Below are positions 12,658 through 26,300 of a stretch of DNA of 64,000 nt, in pieces (position 1 is the stretch's first letter; each line of letters begins with the position of its first letter). The DNA is taken from assembly GCA_030295235.1 (NCBI GenBank), contig AP026143.1, positions 124,001-188,000 of the forward strand, given 5' to 3'. Source of the DNA: Fistulifera solaris. Taxonomy: Eukaryota. A program made the translations under genes and the position numbers. The notes below the pieces were generated by a model. It did no database searches, was not told the origin of the DNA, and saw nothing but the letters and a program-made list of their open reading frames with translations.

Positions 12658-15600
12658 TTAGTCACTAGGAACAGAAAAGCGATCAACAAAATCTCCGATC
12701 TGTCGGCTCAACCTTGAATGATATTGATCAGCCGCATTGCGGTATTTGATCGTGACCGACCCTTCGTCTTGCAAAAGCGTGTAAATAGTGTCAGCAATCC
12801 CTTCGTCTAGGAATCGAAGACAGTATCGAAGACAAGAAAGTGCCGAGCTCATTGAAACGTCGAAAGGAAAGTCATTCCGGAAAACCTCCAGTACTTTGGG
12901 AATCGTAATCGTCCGCTTGGCCCGGTCCACCGAGACGTTGCGCCGCAAGAAATCAGCTGCAACTGCGGCGAGCTGATCAGCTAAATATTCCGATTGCAGC
13001 ACTGGGATATTTTTGGAGCATGAAGTATCGCCAGTGTGGACCAAAAAGTTAACATTGGGGGAATATGAAGGAAGCGCGAAGCAACGATACGAGTTCGATT
13101 TCTTTGGGGCGTCAGTATACGGAGCTTTCGGCGGATTCGGCTTGCACATATTTCCCCGAATAATGCAGTTGCTGAGCTCAGCTAGCGAAAAAATATCACC
13201 GCCAATTTCGTAGCAAGATGTTCGCATGAAGGATTCGTGCGAGCGCTTGGTAGTGGTCCATTTGCTGTTACCAGCAAAGCATGTTGTAGCAGGCAGTGGT
13301 AGACGTTCACATAGGCGCAAAACGTTTTTGGATCAGAGCGATCCATATCTTGCAGACGAAGCCCTTTCAGTACGCTTGTTGAATCTAAGAAAGCAGTAAG
13401 AGCTTCCGGGTGATGTTGGAGAGAATTGAATTCGAAGGACAATGCGGTCGCCAAGAGCGATTCAATAAAGGTGTGAATTTCGTAATCATGCGCTGGCAGA
13501 TCGAATGCCATTCGTCGATGATTCAACACAACCCTCTTTCTCCATTTCTGGTTACAATGCACATCTGCCCATTTTCCTCTGACTGAAGAAAATGATGAAC
13601 TTTGAAGTCTTTGCCACAACCTTGCTTTTCGTAGTTCTGCTTCAGTTTGTGACATCACTGTGCTTTGAGCCTCGAGAAAAGAAAGTGCATCATCTATTTT
13701 TGATTTCAGTGACGCCCTCGTATCGTCGCTGTTAAGTATCATGTAGTGACAGTGCCACGCAGTTTCTATTGCAAGAATGGGATAACCAGGAATAGGGCTA
13801 TCCGTTCCAGGATCCAAGAAACGCACTTCTTCTATATCCTTCAAAGATATTTCAAACGATGGTTCCGGTGACAGCGGAGCATAAAATACAATGCACTTTT
13901 CGTACAAACCACACCACTCCTCTCTCCAATGGCTTTCCCACAAACAACGCGCAACGAGACACTCAAACAAAACGCTCTTTTTCACGCTAGGTGTGACCCC
14001 GAGTTCTACAGGACCACCCTGTAAAAAGCTCTTGTCCAGCTGCGATTTCAGTAGGATTTGCGATGATAGCAAATTATTGAATATGCTTGCTTCAGCGCAC
14101 TCGGGTGAAACAGTGGACATCCGGGTGAGCATGCTAGAAACTACACGACAAGATTGTTCCGGGGCTGACAATTCGCCAGCAAGAGATGCTGACTGTCCCA
14201 TCCACTGCGACTCCACCCTTTCTGCCCTCTTGATAGCACGATTATTTAAGGGTACGTGCAGATCTTTCTCAGCTCTTCGTCGACTGCGCGGCTTAGCACT
14301 TCGTGGCTCTTTTTGAGGGGGGACATTTCTCGGTCTACCGCTTATCATTGCTTTCCCAGCATTGACGGTACCTTTTCCCACTCTCATACTATGCCTGACA
14401 ACCTTCTTACCAGTTGAAGCAGTTCGAGACTTTACCGACTGGGCTATTTTCCCAATGAAATTGCGACCTTTAGCGGCACGTGTGAGGCGAGCATCGTCTG
14501 ACAAACTTTCAACTTCATCAAATCCGTCCTGGCATTCAGGTTCACCGGCAGAATCCGAGTCGTCGGTTAACTCTGAATCTTCGTCACTCTGATAGAACGA
14601 TCCACTGATATCGTAGTACGGCATTGCCTCCTCACCGGGAGAAGTAGCAACATTATCTGCCTCAGAGTAAATTCGTCGTCTAGGACTGGCCGCGAAGTCG
14701 CGAGGAGCACCATCTTCCTCGACAAAATCTCTACCGTATTCTTCTTCTTCCGCGGTATCTTCTCCGTTTCGACCAATGAGAACAGCCTCTTGAGAGACCG
14801 TATCTCCCTTTGTCGTGGCTGCAGTCACATGAGCACTGGGAACTTGCGATTTTCCACTTTCGGTGAATGATCTTTTTGCGTGTCTTATTGCAGCATCGCT
14901 GTTGCGCCAATTAATCCCCGCTCGCATTATGCGAGATAGATCTCTACCTGTACGAAGGCGCATGAATGCGCTCTTTTCACCGCGTGTTTTGTTACTCTCA
15001 TTCGAGATTCCTTCCGGATCCACCTGCGACGACATCACCCTAACTACGTATGCAAGTTGGCTCATTCGTTCGGCTCGGTTCATCACCTCGATCCATGCAG
15101 GCGCGTCGATCTCTGTACTTTCGTTCAAAAATGTTGCTCGTTTGTTATTTTCATTGTTGTCAGTAACGTAGTCCGTTGAGGCTTTTACCTCAGAGGCAGA
15201 CGGAAGTGTAGATGGAACATCACATATTTCCAAAAATAGGGGATACATCCAGTAGCCACCTTTTTCATCAGATTCAGGAAGATCGGCGTCAGGTATCAGA
15301 TCGTCATCTTGGGCACTATATCCTAGCGCTCGATTGTTTCCTTCTTTCGGGTTGTAAAGACCGAGCATTCTTCCTCCATAGGTTGCCGAACCTTCGCGAG
15401 ATACTCCTACGAGATACTTAGACCATCTTTTATGGCGCAGGTAAAAGGACCCATCCAAGTTTAGGTATGACGACTGCGTAGATTTTCCTCGCTCATTGGC
15501 GTGAATTGTAAAGAAACCATTCTTTGTCGGCACCGACGCAACCCACTTCAACCACCACCCCCTGTGCAGGGAAAGAAATTTTGTTTCTGTGTCCTCGCCT

Positions 15601-17672
15601 ACGAGCTTTATTAGAACCGTGTCGCCGTCTTTAATAAGCCCTGAGTTTTCTGCATTTCCTCGACGTGGCTGGGAACCTCTTGCCTTCTGAATTACTATTG
15701 AGCACGAATTCTGCTCCTGAAGAACGCCGAATCCACCGCCACTAGCCAAGTATGACGACACACGCCCGACGTCATCGTCATCCACCGTCTCCTTCAGGGT
15801 AACGACCTCTCCACTTCGAACATAAATTCCCTCTCCTAGCTCCGCAGCAGCATTTTCATCATCATCTTCCTCGACAGGATACTCTTCGTCCACACCGCCA
15901 TCCTCGTCCTCGATACGCTCATTCAGACCGTATCTAACATCCGAGCTAAGTCTATTGTTTTCCATCCATCTCTTAGCAAGATTACCCGTTTCACTGAAGT
16001 GCGTGTGGCACATTTCAATTTCGACGATATTTGTGAGGTCACACCGATTGTGTTTCTCACTTTCTTTTCAAACGGGATTTCATAAAGAGTCAAATAGATG
16101 GGTTGGCTGCCAAAAGCTTATTCATCCCGAATGGGCGAATGCCAGGTAGGTTACAGCAGTGCCAATCCAAGAAATCAACGTAAGCGCTCCACAATGACAG
16201 CGTGTACGTATCGTCAAGATTCCATTTGATAGCAATTCCTTTCTTTCGACTTTTGATGGATTCCGGGTCTTCAAATATCTCCTCACCAAGGGATGGAGGC
16301 TCTTGTCCTGGAGGTGTAGCAACCACCCGATTCATTCCTTCTTCAACAGGGAAAGCCATATGCGGCTTTTCAAATTTTCCGTCGGATGTTTTCGGACTAC
16401 CGGTAATACTGTAGTGGAATGAGTTGTTTGTCGTCTTGACAAATGCCATTGCAGCACTGACGAAAGCTCGTTGAATCATCCCCATACGAATCGTCTCGCC
16501 GATCTCACAGGCGAAGTACACACGTCCAGTTGGAAGTTTTTTCAGTTTGATTTGAAATTGAAACTCGAATCGACGCTGTTTCCCCGACATGTATTTGCTC
16601 GTTGCCGAGTTTTCAGGAGTTCCTTTTTCCTTGGTAGGATCATCGACATCAGGAGTACGAATTAAAATCATCATTTTCCCATCGAAGTAATCTGTGTTCA
16701 GCGTAAACGGTGTGCTCACGTTAGGGAAAATTCGCTGCTGTGTGCCAGCATCGATCACAAAAAATGGTTCAAGGGCGGGATGGACACTACGCCTTGTCGA
16801 CGTGGCTCCGGTGAACAAGAGGCGCCCGGGAGAAGCGGTTCCCTCCGGAGTACGATCTTGGTCGTCGATTGTTATGCTAGAGCTACGATGACGTAAACTT
16901 ATCGAAGACTGCCGCGAAGGTGTTTTCGGTTCATTCATCTCATCGATCAAAAGATCCTGCTCTTCGTTGAAGTCACGAAGCAATGTACCCGGGATGTAGT
17001 CCGGAGGGTCTGACGACGGGGTGCACTATAGACCCAATTCCTGTTACCTTGCTGATCAGAATTGTTCTCTTCCTTCTTTCTACGTTGGTGCATCCAAGTT
17101 CCCCCAAGTATGCACAAGCAGGTTAGCCAAGCAACACCGGTATATTCCGCAATTTTCCGCATAGCGGGAAGAGCAGCCGGAAAGTAGGCACCCAGAACAA
17201 AACTCGATGACATCAAAAATACCTGCCGCATAGCAACTTCAAAATTGGACACAAATGCTTGGCTCGAGTTCCCAACACTAAGCCTTCCATCGGTATGAAC
17301 AAGAGATCGGTTGCTGCCTGGTAAAAACTGTGGTGGTTGCATCATTTCGTTTCGAGGCGACTGAAGGGGAGGACCTCTCAACCCTCCCATTGCATTCCCG
17401 GCCAAGTCTTCCGTAGTGTGGTTTTGTCGCACGGAATCATGGTCTCCTTGCTCCCCAATGGCGCCGTATTCTTCATTCCGCTGAAATCGATTGGTCAGCC
17501 TTTTCCACGGTCGCGGACGTCCTTTTTTCGTAGATCGTTTGACCCCCTGACTACCCTCCTCCAATGTTTGCCTCTGAATACCGCTTCGTCGTTCGGGTAA
17601 TGGCGTTTCTAGTCTTTGTGGTTCCGACTGAGAGGGGAATGCCTCCGTTCGACTCAAGGATGCATCGGTCAT
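12658..17672 (-). CDS. Large multidomain protein: N-terminal TM hairpin, DUF1769-like, possible beta-trefoil, PH-like, C-terminal DUF547-like
   Basis: Merges ORFs 16947-17672, 16090-16983, 13182-16013 and 12658-13320 via single-base shifts. DUF1769-like motifs YFDGKMMILIR, GKQRRFEFQFQ, YTLSLWSAYVDFLDW and corrected GSQPIYL. PH-like WREEWCGLYEKCIVFY. DUF547-like FCAYVNVYHCLLQHA, YEIGGDIFSLAEL and TITIPKVLEVFRNDF. Confidence 0.75.
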
Positions 17673-18003
17673 TGTGACCTTGTGTAAACTGGCAAAAGAA
17701 AGAAGTCTTCCGCGCGATACAGCTCGCTCTCTTGGTTGGTGATGTCAAACTGGTAGTGTTACTTTTTTTTAAAGAGGTTTTTCGATTATCGAGGTTAGTG
17801 ATTGTAGTTTCAAGTGTCAATGCAATCGGAAGGGTGTTTTTTCTGGTTTTTTCTTGTTGAGGGTTCCTTCATCGAAAAGTTCGCGTGAAGGAACAACTTT
17901 GTGTGTGCTCGGTGACGAACGCGGTCACGAGTTGTGTGTCATCCCGTGGTCATTGCCTTTACTCACTGTACGACACTGAGTACAAGAATTTTTGTCTTCA
18001 ACG

Positions 18004-18036
18004 TTTAGGTTTAAGGTTTAGGGTTTAGGTTTATGG
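18004..18036 (+). repeat. Degenerate telomere-like (TTTAGG/TTTAGGG) tract in a divergent intergenic region
   Basis: TTTAGG TTTAAGG TTTAGGG TTTAGG TTTATGG read directly. Confidence 0.6.
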
Positions 18037-18395
18037 CAAAAGTGAGACGTATCACGCACCGGACATAGGACTGTACCCTGTTCCGTGTTCAGAAAATAAG
18101 ATGAGCTATTTGAAATGGTAATAGACTATCTAAAAACATCAACGTTATCTGGAACATTAATTAGAAGGTTTTCGTTATTAACTATAAAACAACAAAAAGG
18201 TACAGATATAGGATCTATCAGTACAGTACAATCAAAACGGTTATTTGCTGGATGTTGCTCCGCTTGTTTTGTTCATTCGATGTTTTCATTTTTTCGGTTA
18301 TTATTTGCTTTCGTCGGATAGATGATCCTTGTTTTTTAAAAAGGATCTAAAACGAAAGCTATTATCCCGTAACGTCGATTAAATAGAGAACATAA

Positions 18396-21300
18396 ATGGA
18401 TTTCCGCGTCCCGGTGCCCGGAGGCGAGACCTCGGACGAAGAGAATGATGCGATGGAAACAGTCCCTCTCACGCCGCGTGAATCAACGGCCCCGTCATCC
18501 CAATCCACAGCACTATCCTTGACGGAGAGATCAAAAGGATATCTAGCTTTCTTTCGGTCTCCTATAATTGCGACTGACTCAAACGACTCTTCAGAACAAG
18601 GTTCTGCGGGTGGCAGTTCAAGTAACCAGTTTCGTACCTTCTCGCAACCGCAAAGCAACAAAACCGTCAACAGCAATAGTTCGCCAGTAATACCTTCTCA
18701 TAGTGCGCCGGAGCAATCACGGTACGAGCACTTTGACAATGAACATGCTGCTGACACCTCTCAGAAGGGTCAAAGCTATTATTCAAGTCATTATTATGCT
18801 CAACCTACGCCTCGATCGACAAATCATCGACATCCCACTTCCCCGCCGTCGTCCAACACTTCTCAATCCAATGAAGCGTCAAAATATTCAGACAACTACT
18901 CAGTCATGACTTCTGCAAGTCATTTGCTCGGCGAAAGCTTAATAAGCCCTTCTCAGAGCATACAATCCATGGACGACTACGATGAAGAGGCCGGAATGTA
19001 CGCTGACAATCAAATCGCTCATCAACCAATCCAAAATACGAAGAACTCGCGTGTTTCAATAGTCACCTACCAAGATCCGAATCCGTTTCGCGCTATATGG
19101 AGGAATATTTTGGACGAAAGTTATCTCATAGGGCTTGATGTTGTACGAACCTTGAGGACGTTGAGACATCCACAAACACCTTTGTCACCGCGATCTCGCA
19201 ATCTAACGGATTTATTATACTTGACTCAGCAACATAAGACGAAACTCCAGCAAATCAGTGGAAGTGACTCGTTTGCTAAACCACTCGGGACGGATGATGA
19301 CCGCTTCGATTTCGTTCTTCTTCTGCAGCCGCAGGAAGTGTATGCTTTCTGGTCCGAAATCCTTGACTTTCGAACTGAACTTCTGGGGATTGATGCGGTA
19401 GAAGCAATGGAAAACAATTGGTCATCCTTGTACGACATTCCGAGTCCCTCCCAAGGGCCACTTGGTTCGTTTTCCACCGATGAGACGTCTCATTCGTCGA
19501 ACAGCTCCGAAGCACGGGACGTCGTTGACTTGGGGACTCCTCCAACAGGCATTCATAGGAGAAGGGTGGGAAGTGAAATCCAAGATGCGTCGCCTTCTAC
19601 TATCTCTTCACAGGCCGGTGGTGCTGGAACGAATGCTTTGCATCGCAATTCACCAGGTCTTTACAGTCTCGCCGAATGTAGTCGCATATCCTCGAAAACC
19701 AAAAACAGTCTTTTCGATCGAGCCATGGAGCAGCAGACAACCATCATGTCTACAGAATCAATGAAAAGCCCCGAACCGCGTTCTGACAAAGTCAACGACG
19801 ATGATGCTACTCATGTACCGGCGACCGCACCGGTAATTCCGGCAAGTCAGCAACGTCGACGGTGGGTAACCAGTCCGCAAGCGGATACACGCCTCACGCG
19901 ATTTCTCCTCCTGTTCGTAGTTTGACGCGAGGTGCAAGTACGGTGAAGAGGCCTACGGTTATGCGACCTCTGGGACACTGCATCGGATCCATCGCGGAAG
20001 CGCAGGACCCTAATGTGCTCCGCATTGAAGATATTCCCAACCAGATTATTCCTAGAGGAATAGCAGCCCGTACAAACGGCATGCTGCCGTTCCTGAGTGC
20101 GCTGAAAAGAGGCATTGTCGTCCGTCGACATCGTCCCGGTCAAAACGCCTCCTTTTTCAAACTATCATCGAACGATGGTGGTGACACGATTCAATTTGTA
20201 CCCGTTAACACGGATGCGGCTACTGTTGCGTTCAAGGAGCAGAGAGTCCGGCACAATAAAACGCTCCGAGACGAGGCTAGTGCTGATAATATCTTGCAAG
20301 CGTGGAGCTTTTCGTCTTCAGAGGAAACGGATAAGCACGCAGCAGATCCTTTCTCCGTTCCTGATTACGTCGCCGCCAGACAGTACAGGGATGAAATCAG
20401 CAGGAAAACGTCTTTTTTGAAAAAAGTCAATGATCTAGCAAGTCAAGTTGGCCAGGGGGGTAGTTTCAAGGCATGTGACATTATAGCAGTTCATCCTGCG
20501 CGTAACCAAGATCCTCGATCCAGCTGCGGCGAATGCGGTTCATGTACTTTGAGGAAGTCCAAATCGGATCACGTCGATAAGCTTACGTTCTCTGTTGTGT
20601 TGCGCAATCAGCGCTTAGCAAGAGGAGCATCTTCTAGCGTAGATGAGTTGGAAGAGAAATGGAACAGTGGCGAAGGTAACGAAGCGTTATTTCGATACAT
20701 CGACTTCGAAGTCCCCACAGAAGGAGAATATTGGCTAGTATTCCGGGGCATGCTGCTGCTCCATCGAGACGCTGTTATCGGTCGATTTGCCGAACAACGA
20801 GCAGCTGGAATCGGATGCCACTACCCGCGACTGGAATTGGAGCAGCGCGAACACTTTGATTTAACAAAGCACAATATTCTTCACCAAGACGAATTCCACG
20901 AGCCCGTCACAGCGAGCTATCTGGAAAAACTAATCGTGAAATGGAGAAATCTTGACCCGACATACATGGTTGGATATACTTTGCCAGAAGCCCGACCTCC
21001 TCCTTCTGACTACTTTCTGGGGTTTCGATCACCTGGAACATCGATCTGGAGCCGCTTGCGACAAGCGGGTCTCGAAACGCAACGTGTGTATGCGCTTGAT
21101 CGACGCTCAGTCATGATCAAAAATCCGTTGCCCCAATGATCGACTCATGGATGTCGCTGAGGTTCTTCGTCTCAAACTTAAAACTCGCGATGGTTCTTTC
21201 GCACCGTTCAGAGAAGATATGATAGAGTTTTACCATGACCTAAACGATCCCTTGGAAAAGCTCTCGGGGTCGTGTGATCCGGATGGATTTCAATTTCCTT

Positions 21301-23302
21301 CAGCGTTTCGACAGACAATCATCGACTTTATTGTGGGTTCAAGAATCCGTGATACAGGAGCTGAACTTGGCCAGAATACTGATTTGGGAAAACTGATTCA
21401 AGCGCGGGTCCCACTCCACATGCCCGAAAAACTCGATGCCATTTTCAATTCATGGTTTTACTTCTGGAAGAAAGAGAATTTCTTAGACATCAACCCAACG
21501 TACCTGACTCACTACAAACTGCTCCCAACAGATAAACGCAGTCAGGGGAATACGATTGACAAGCCCACTCTGAGATGGTATCATCGTTTTTTCATTGGCT
21601 GTTTCCATCAACCTCTTGACTCTATCGAACAATACTTTGGCGAGAAGGTAGCTTTCTATTTCGCCTGGCTTCAGCACACAGCGTCGCACTTGATATTGCT
21701 ATCAATCATCGGATTCATTTTATTTCTCTTCCAGATAGGTAGTGGTAACTGGGACCATCCTCTGAGACCATTTTTTGCTATGGTTGTTATGCTGTGGACC
21801 TTTACGGTGCTAACCAACTGGCGAAAACGGGCAAACTACCTGGCTTTTACTTGGGGGACGATGGATTACAAGGAACAAGAAGTTGCTCGTCCTCAATTTT
21901 ATGGTGACTACATTCGCGACGAGATTACTGGCGAGTGGGTTGTAACATATCCAAAATGGAAACGTTGGCTGAAGTACATGATTTCGTTCCCATTGACAAT
22001 AATCTTCACTTGCGGTACGCTCATTATCATTCTCTGGGTCCATTCGAATCGAGATCTTCAGCTTGTTGCATACCTCAACTCCAATCCTGAAGGCATGGAA
22101 GTACACGGCATCGACGCCATTACGGAGAAAAAGCAGGTTGTGGAGGTTGAACTAACGAAAGAAAATCTCTTGGATCCTTACTTCTGGTACCTTGTCGTCG
22201 GCATGCCAGCAATGCTAGGTCTGTGCTTCCCTTTGCTCAACTTCGTGTTGATGAAGTTGTCAGTTTGCTTGAATGACTTCGAGAATTACAGAACTGAGTC
22301 GGAATATCGCTCTTTTCTGATAATCAAAGTATTCTCCTTCAGATTCGTTTGCTATTTCGGCACTCTTTATTATTATGCATTCGTTTCAGTGGGAGATAAG
22401 ACATCAATCCAGAATGGGATTTTGCGTGTGGCTTCAGGAGTCTTGGTTTACACCACGGTTGCTCAGTGGTGGCAAAACTTTGTGCACGTTTGCTTTCCCA
22501 TGCTAATCCGCCACCTGCGCTGTAAACGTCGAGAAAACGTGCTTACAGCTGAGTTGCGCGCCATCGAGGAAGAAGAAGAGGAAATCAGCCGCTCTGCTTT
22601 CACGAAAGACAAAGAAGAAATTAGAAAGCGACAGACGATCCTTATTAATAAGCGCCTTCTGCTTGAACAAGCCCAGGACGATGTTTGGAGCGAGCTCCTT
22701 AATCCGCAGCATGACAGCTTTCCAGAGTATATTCAAGCAGTTGTCCAGTTCACGTATGTGTCATGTTTCAGCGTGGTCTTACCAATAACTCCCTTGTTGT
22801 GTCTCTTTAACTATCTCGTCAGCATGCGCCTAGACGCATACAAGCTCTGTAAAGGGAGACGGAGACCTCTCGCCGAGAAGACTGGCGGAATCGGGGTGTG
22901 GGAACACTTGCTGCATATTGTCGCTGTCATTTCGATCCTTACAAATTGCTGGCTCATGGGATTCACCAGCTCCCAGTTCACGTGGATTGCTGATTCAGCA
23001 AATTACGTTACACTTTTGCGGTTGTTGTCGGTTGGGAACACATCATGCTTCTCATAAAATACATTGTGCAACAATCAGTTTCTCCTCTTCCTTCGTGCGT
23101 CAGAGATGCCATGAAACGCGAACAGTTTGAGCTGGATCAGCAACGAAATTCCAACATCATGGCACGTCGCCTGCAGCACCAACGTGAAGATGAGCTTAAA
23201 GAAAGCCTGACTCGAAAGAGAACCAGCAATCAAAGCTCGACTAGCAGAAATAGCTCAAATACAAAAAAGCGCTTAAATGGGAGACATGGAATGCGGGTAT
23301 AA
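18396..23302 (+). CDS. Anoctamin/TMEM16 (Ca-activated channel/scramblase) with long N-terminal extension containing a PH-like domain
   Basis: Merges ORFs 18396-19925, 19862-21139, 21147-23057 and 23045-23302. Anoctamin motifs QPLDSIEQYFGEKVAFYFAWL, LNDFENYRTESEY, EYIQAVVQFTYV, MRLDAYKL, RRPLAEKTGGIGVW. A5 at 21119-21123 read as A4 joins the frames. Confidence 0.9.
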
Positions 23303-23326
23303 AGTCACATAAATATAGACCTTAGC

Positions 23327-26300
23327 TTAATCAACAGTACTATATCGCGCAATATTCGACGAGGAAAGTTCTCGCCGGCGGTAAAAAAGTACATACGCCA
23401 TTTCAGTAGCAACAATATCCGGGGGAATTGGTTCGACGAGCTCATCGTCGAATTGCAGCCACAGCGGCTCGGCCGACTCCGCCACAGCCTTCGCAGAAAC
23501 CGTCGCAGCTTGTTTGCTGTGGTTCACTTCAGCTTTAGGACGACTAAGTCTCCATCCGGATGGGGCATCTAATTCGTCGAACTGAACATTCATCACTCCG
23601 ACACCATTGAAAGAATAACCAACCTCTTCTTTACCGTCTTTTCCACAATTCGATACTTTGCAGGTAGCAATATAATGACCTCCTGTCATGCTTCCATAAT
23701 GATTCACGACACCTATTAAGTCGTAGATGCGAGAGTCTGGGTGGCGATTTTGCAGAGCTGGAGAGGTCCCATGGCACCACTCACTCATATCTAAGCCTGT
23801 AAGCGGGAAATTCACCTTGGTAGTAATCTTTTCGCGCCACCTTGCTGACATGTTAAAACGCTTTATATGGAACATCAAAAAGTCAGGGAGTCGCCAGAGA
23901 TTCATGTCTTGCTTTCCTTCGCGAAAGTCTTTGCATCGAGGGCAACGCCAGTTGTCTGACAAAGAAAGCTTTTGTTCCTTACAAAACTCTTTCAAGCACG
24001 ATCCTAACCCCACTCCACCACTGTCGATGTTATCCTTTTTTGTTTCATTGCTGCGATCATTCATCGAGGCTTTTTTCAAGATTTCGGCCGATGCTTTATG
24101 AGTTTGTATTGGAGGTAAAACGTACGCGACGGATCGGGCGATGGAGCTCTTCTGAGAGCTCGACCTATCTTTCGAAAATGGGCGCCAGCATAGTACAACG
24201 ACACTGCGTGCCGTCACAAAATTACCAATTGTCCTGTTTAACGAGAAAGGAAACATTTCTTCTTCCGGGGCGCCTTGGGTTTTGTCTGCATTTAAAGGAT
24301 CCATGCTGCTGATTCTGAATTCAAAGGGTAACAACGCGAGGTAGTCAGTTACTTTCGCCTCCAGCTCTCCAGCGAGTTGTTCGAAGGTAGAGGGTGGCTT
24401 GGACAATTTCACAGTTTTGACTTCGTCAGCGGATAGTCCTAGTCCAAAACGCACATATTTTCGGTCGTATTCCACTAAGATATCGATCAATTCGGATACA
24501 GTTCTTTGGATTTTGTCATAATATCGAGATTCATTAAGTGCCCGTTCGACGACCGGGTCGGCTGATGCCTGGGGTCCTTTGCGCTCCTCGGGGTCGACAG
24601 GAGGATAGTAGAGGAATCGCGATACCTGAGCAAGAATGTGTGCACCAGCGCGAGCATTAGTCCACTCACTTCGGCAAGATGCGTAGAACGGTAAGCCGAA
24701 GTAAACGGACGTATCGTCGTAACGGTGGTACACGAGGAGATCAGTAGGCTTCGTCTTCGGAGTAGCATGGGAGAAAAGAGATTGTATATTGCCTTCTTGA
24801 AAATCGCGTATTGAGTAGGTCTCGTCCCACTTAGACGAAAAGTTGTCGAAGTGGACGGACACCTTTCTCGTGTCCTTAAAAGTTTCGTCGCCATTGTCAG
24901 TGCCCCCATTAGCAGTCTCGTCGTCAAACACTTTTATTACACTCCCGGAGAACCAGTTACCTCTCTGGTCCTTTGCATCAACCCTGAGGCCAAGTATGAA
25001 ATCTTCAGCAGATTCGGGCCACATACGACGAGAAACTTCTTTGGCTAAAACCAAAGGATCACTATCGTAAACACGACATTCCGCGTCATCGCCATAACTT
25101 TCCAAACAATCCAGAAAATGATCGGAGTCCGTGGCATTTCCTGGCGCCGTGTTCTCGGTCGAAGATTTATCATCAGAGGTTTCTGGTTTATCTGTCAATT
25201 GCCTGGGGCGCAAGGATGTTTCATAAGCAATAATTTGAGTGACTGAGGCAGCGCTTGCATCATTCTGTCCGCGTTTTTTCATTAACTGACTACACGGTCC
25301 TTCTTTGTCGTTCAATGGGATCAAGCTAGCTCGATGTGATAAAACCGACTCCGGTTGAAACCCGTCGTTTTCGAATTCTTCCAGACGAAAAAGGTGGAGA
25401 CGAGCTGCCGCGATTCCGCAAAGATTTTGTAATTGCAAGCGAAGATCACCACTGTCTGCCAGTCGCGATATTGTAATAGCATACTGTTCAGCAACATACG
25501 TTTCCGAGGGAGGGCCATTGCCTCTCGTTGTGCCCGCTTTAAACGAATATCTCGTGTGACTAGAGTTTTCTCTGCGTGATCTGTTCAGTACCCACGGGCA
25601 AGTTGCTGGCGTTGCTCGACGATATAATGTACATTGGAATATTACATCAGCAACCGTTGGTATTGGTATTGAAAGTAAGTTGAAGGGGTCGAAATTTCTG
25701 CTGGAGTAATTGCAAGCAGGACAGGTTACTGTGTTCAAAACCTGGCCCATTGCTACGTCTGAAACAACGGATCTGTTCCTGCGGAGAAATCTGAAGATAG
25801 TTCTTGAGTGAGATCGAGGCAGACTGTCCACAATTAGGAACAAAAATACTAACCTTCGCCAAGCCTCTTCGCCAACACGATTTAGCTGGTGTTGTCTCAC
25901 ATAATCGTCACTCAGCGCTTCTACGTAGGGCTTCTTTCTCACCCTATTGCTGTCTTCGTGCAAAACGTCGAGCATATAGTTTAAGAATTCTTGTGCATCC
26001 TGTTGATCAGCCCCGGAAAACTGAGGATTGAACTTCCCGAGCTGAGACTTAAACCTTATTGGGGATTTCTCGCCAAAACGCGAACACCACATAATTTTCA
26101 TTAGTTCGGCTGACTCTTCGAGAAACTTTCCTCCTGTCCCTAACGGATTGTCTCTGTTTAGATCTCCAGTAGCCTTAAACATATTACTCAGAAGATAAGC
26201 CCGAAGGAGAGGTACATAGCTAATACACTGTAGCGCAGAATTCATGTAGCATGTATTCCCAAGGTTGGTTAGTCCACAGGCACCAAATCCTGGAAGACTA

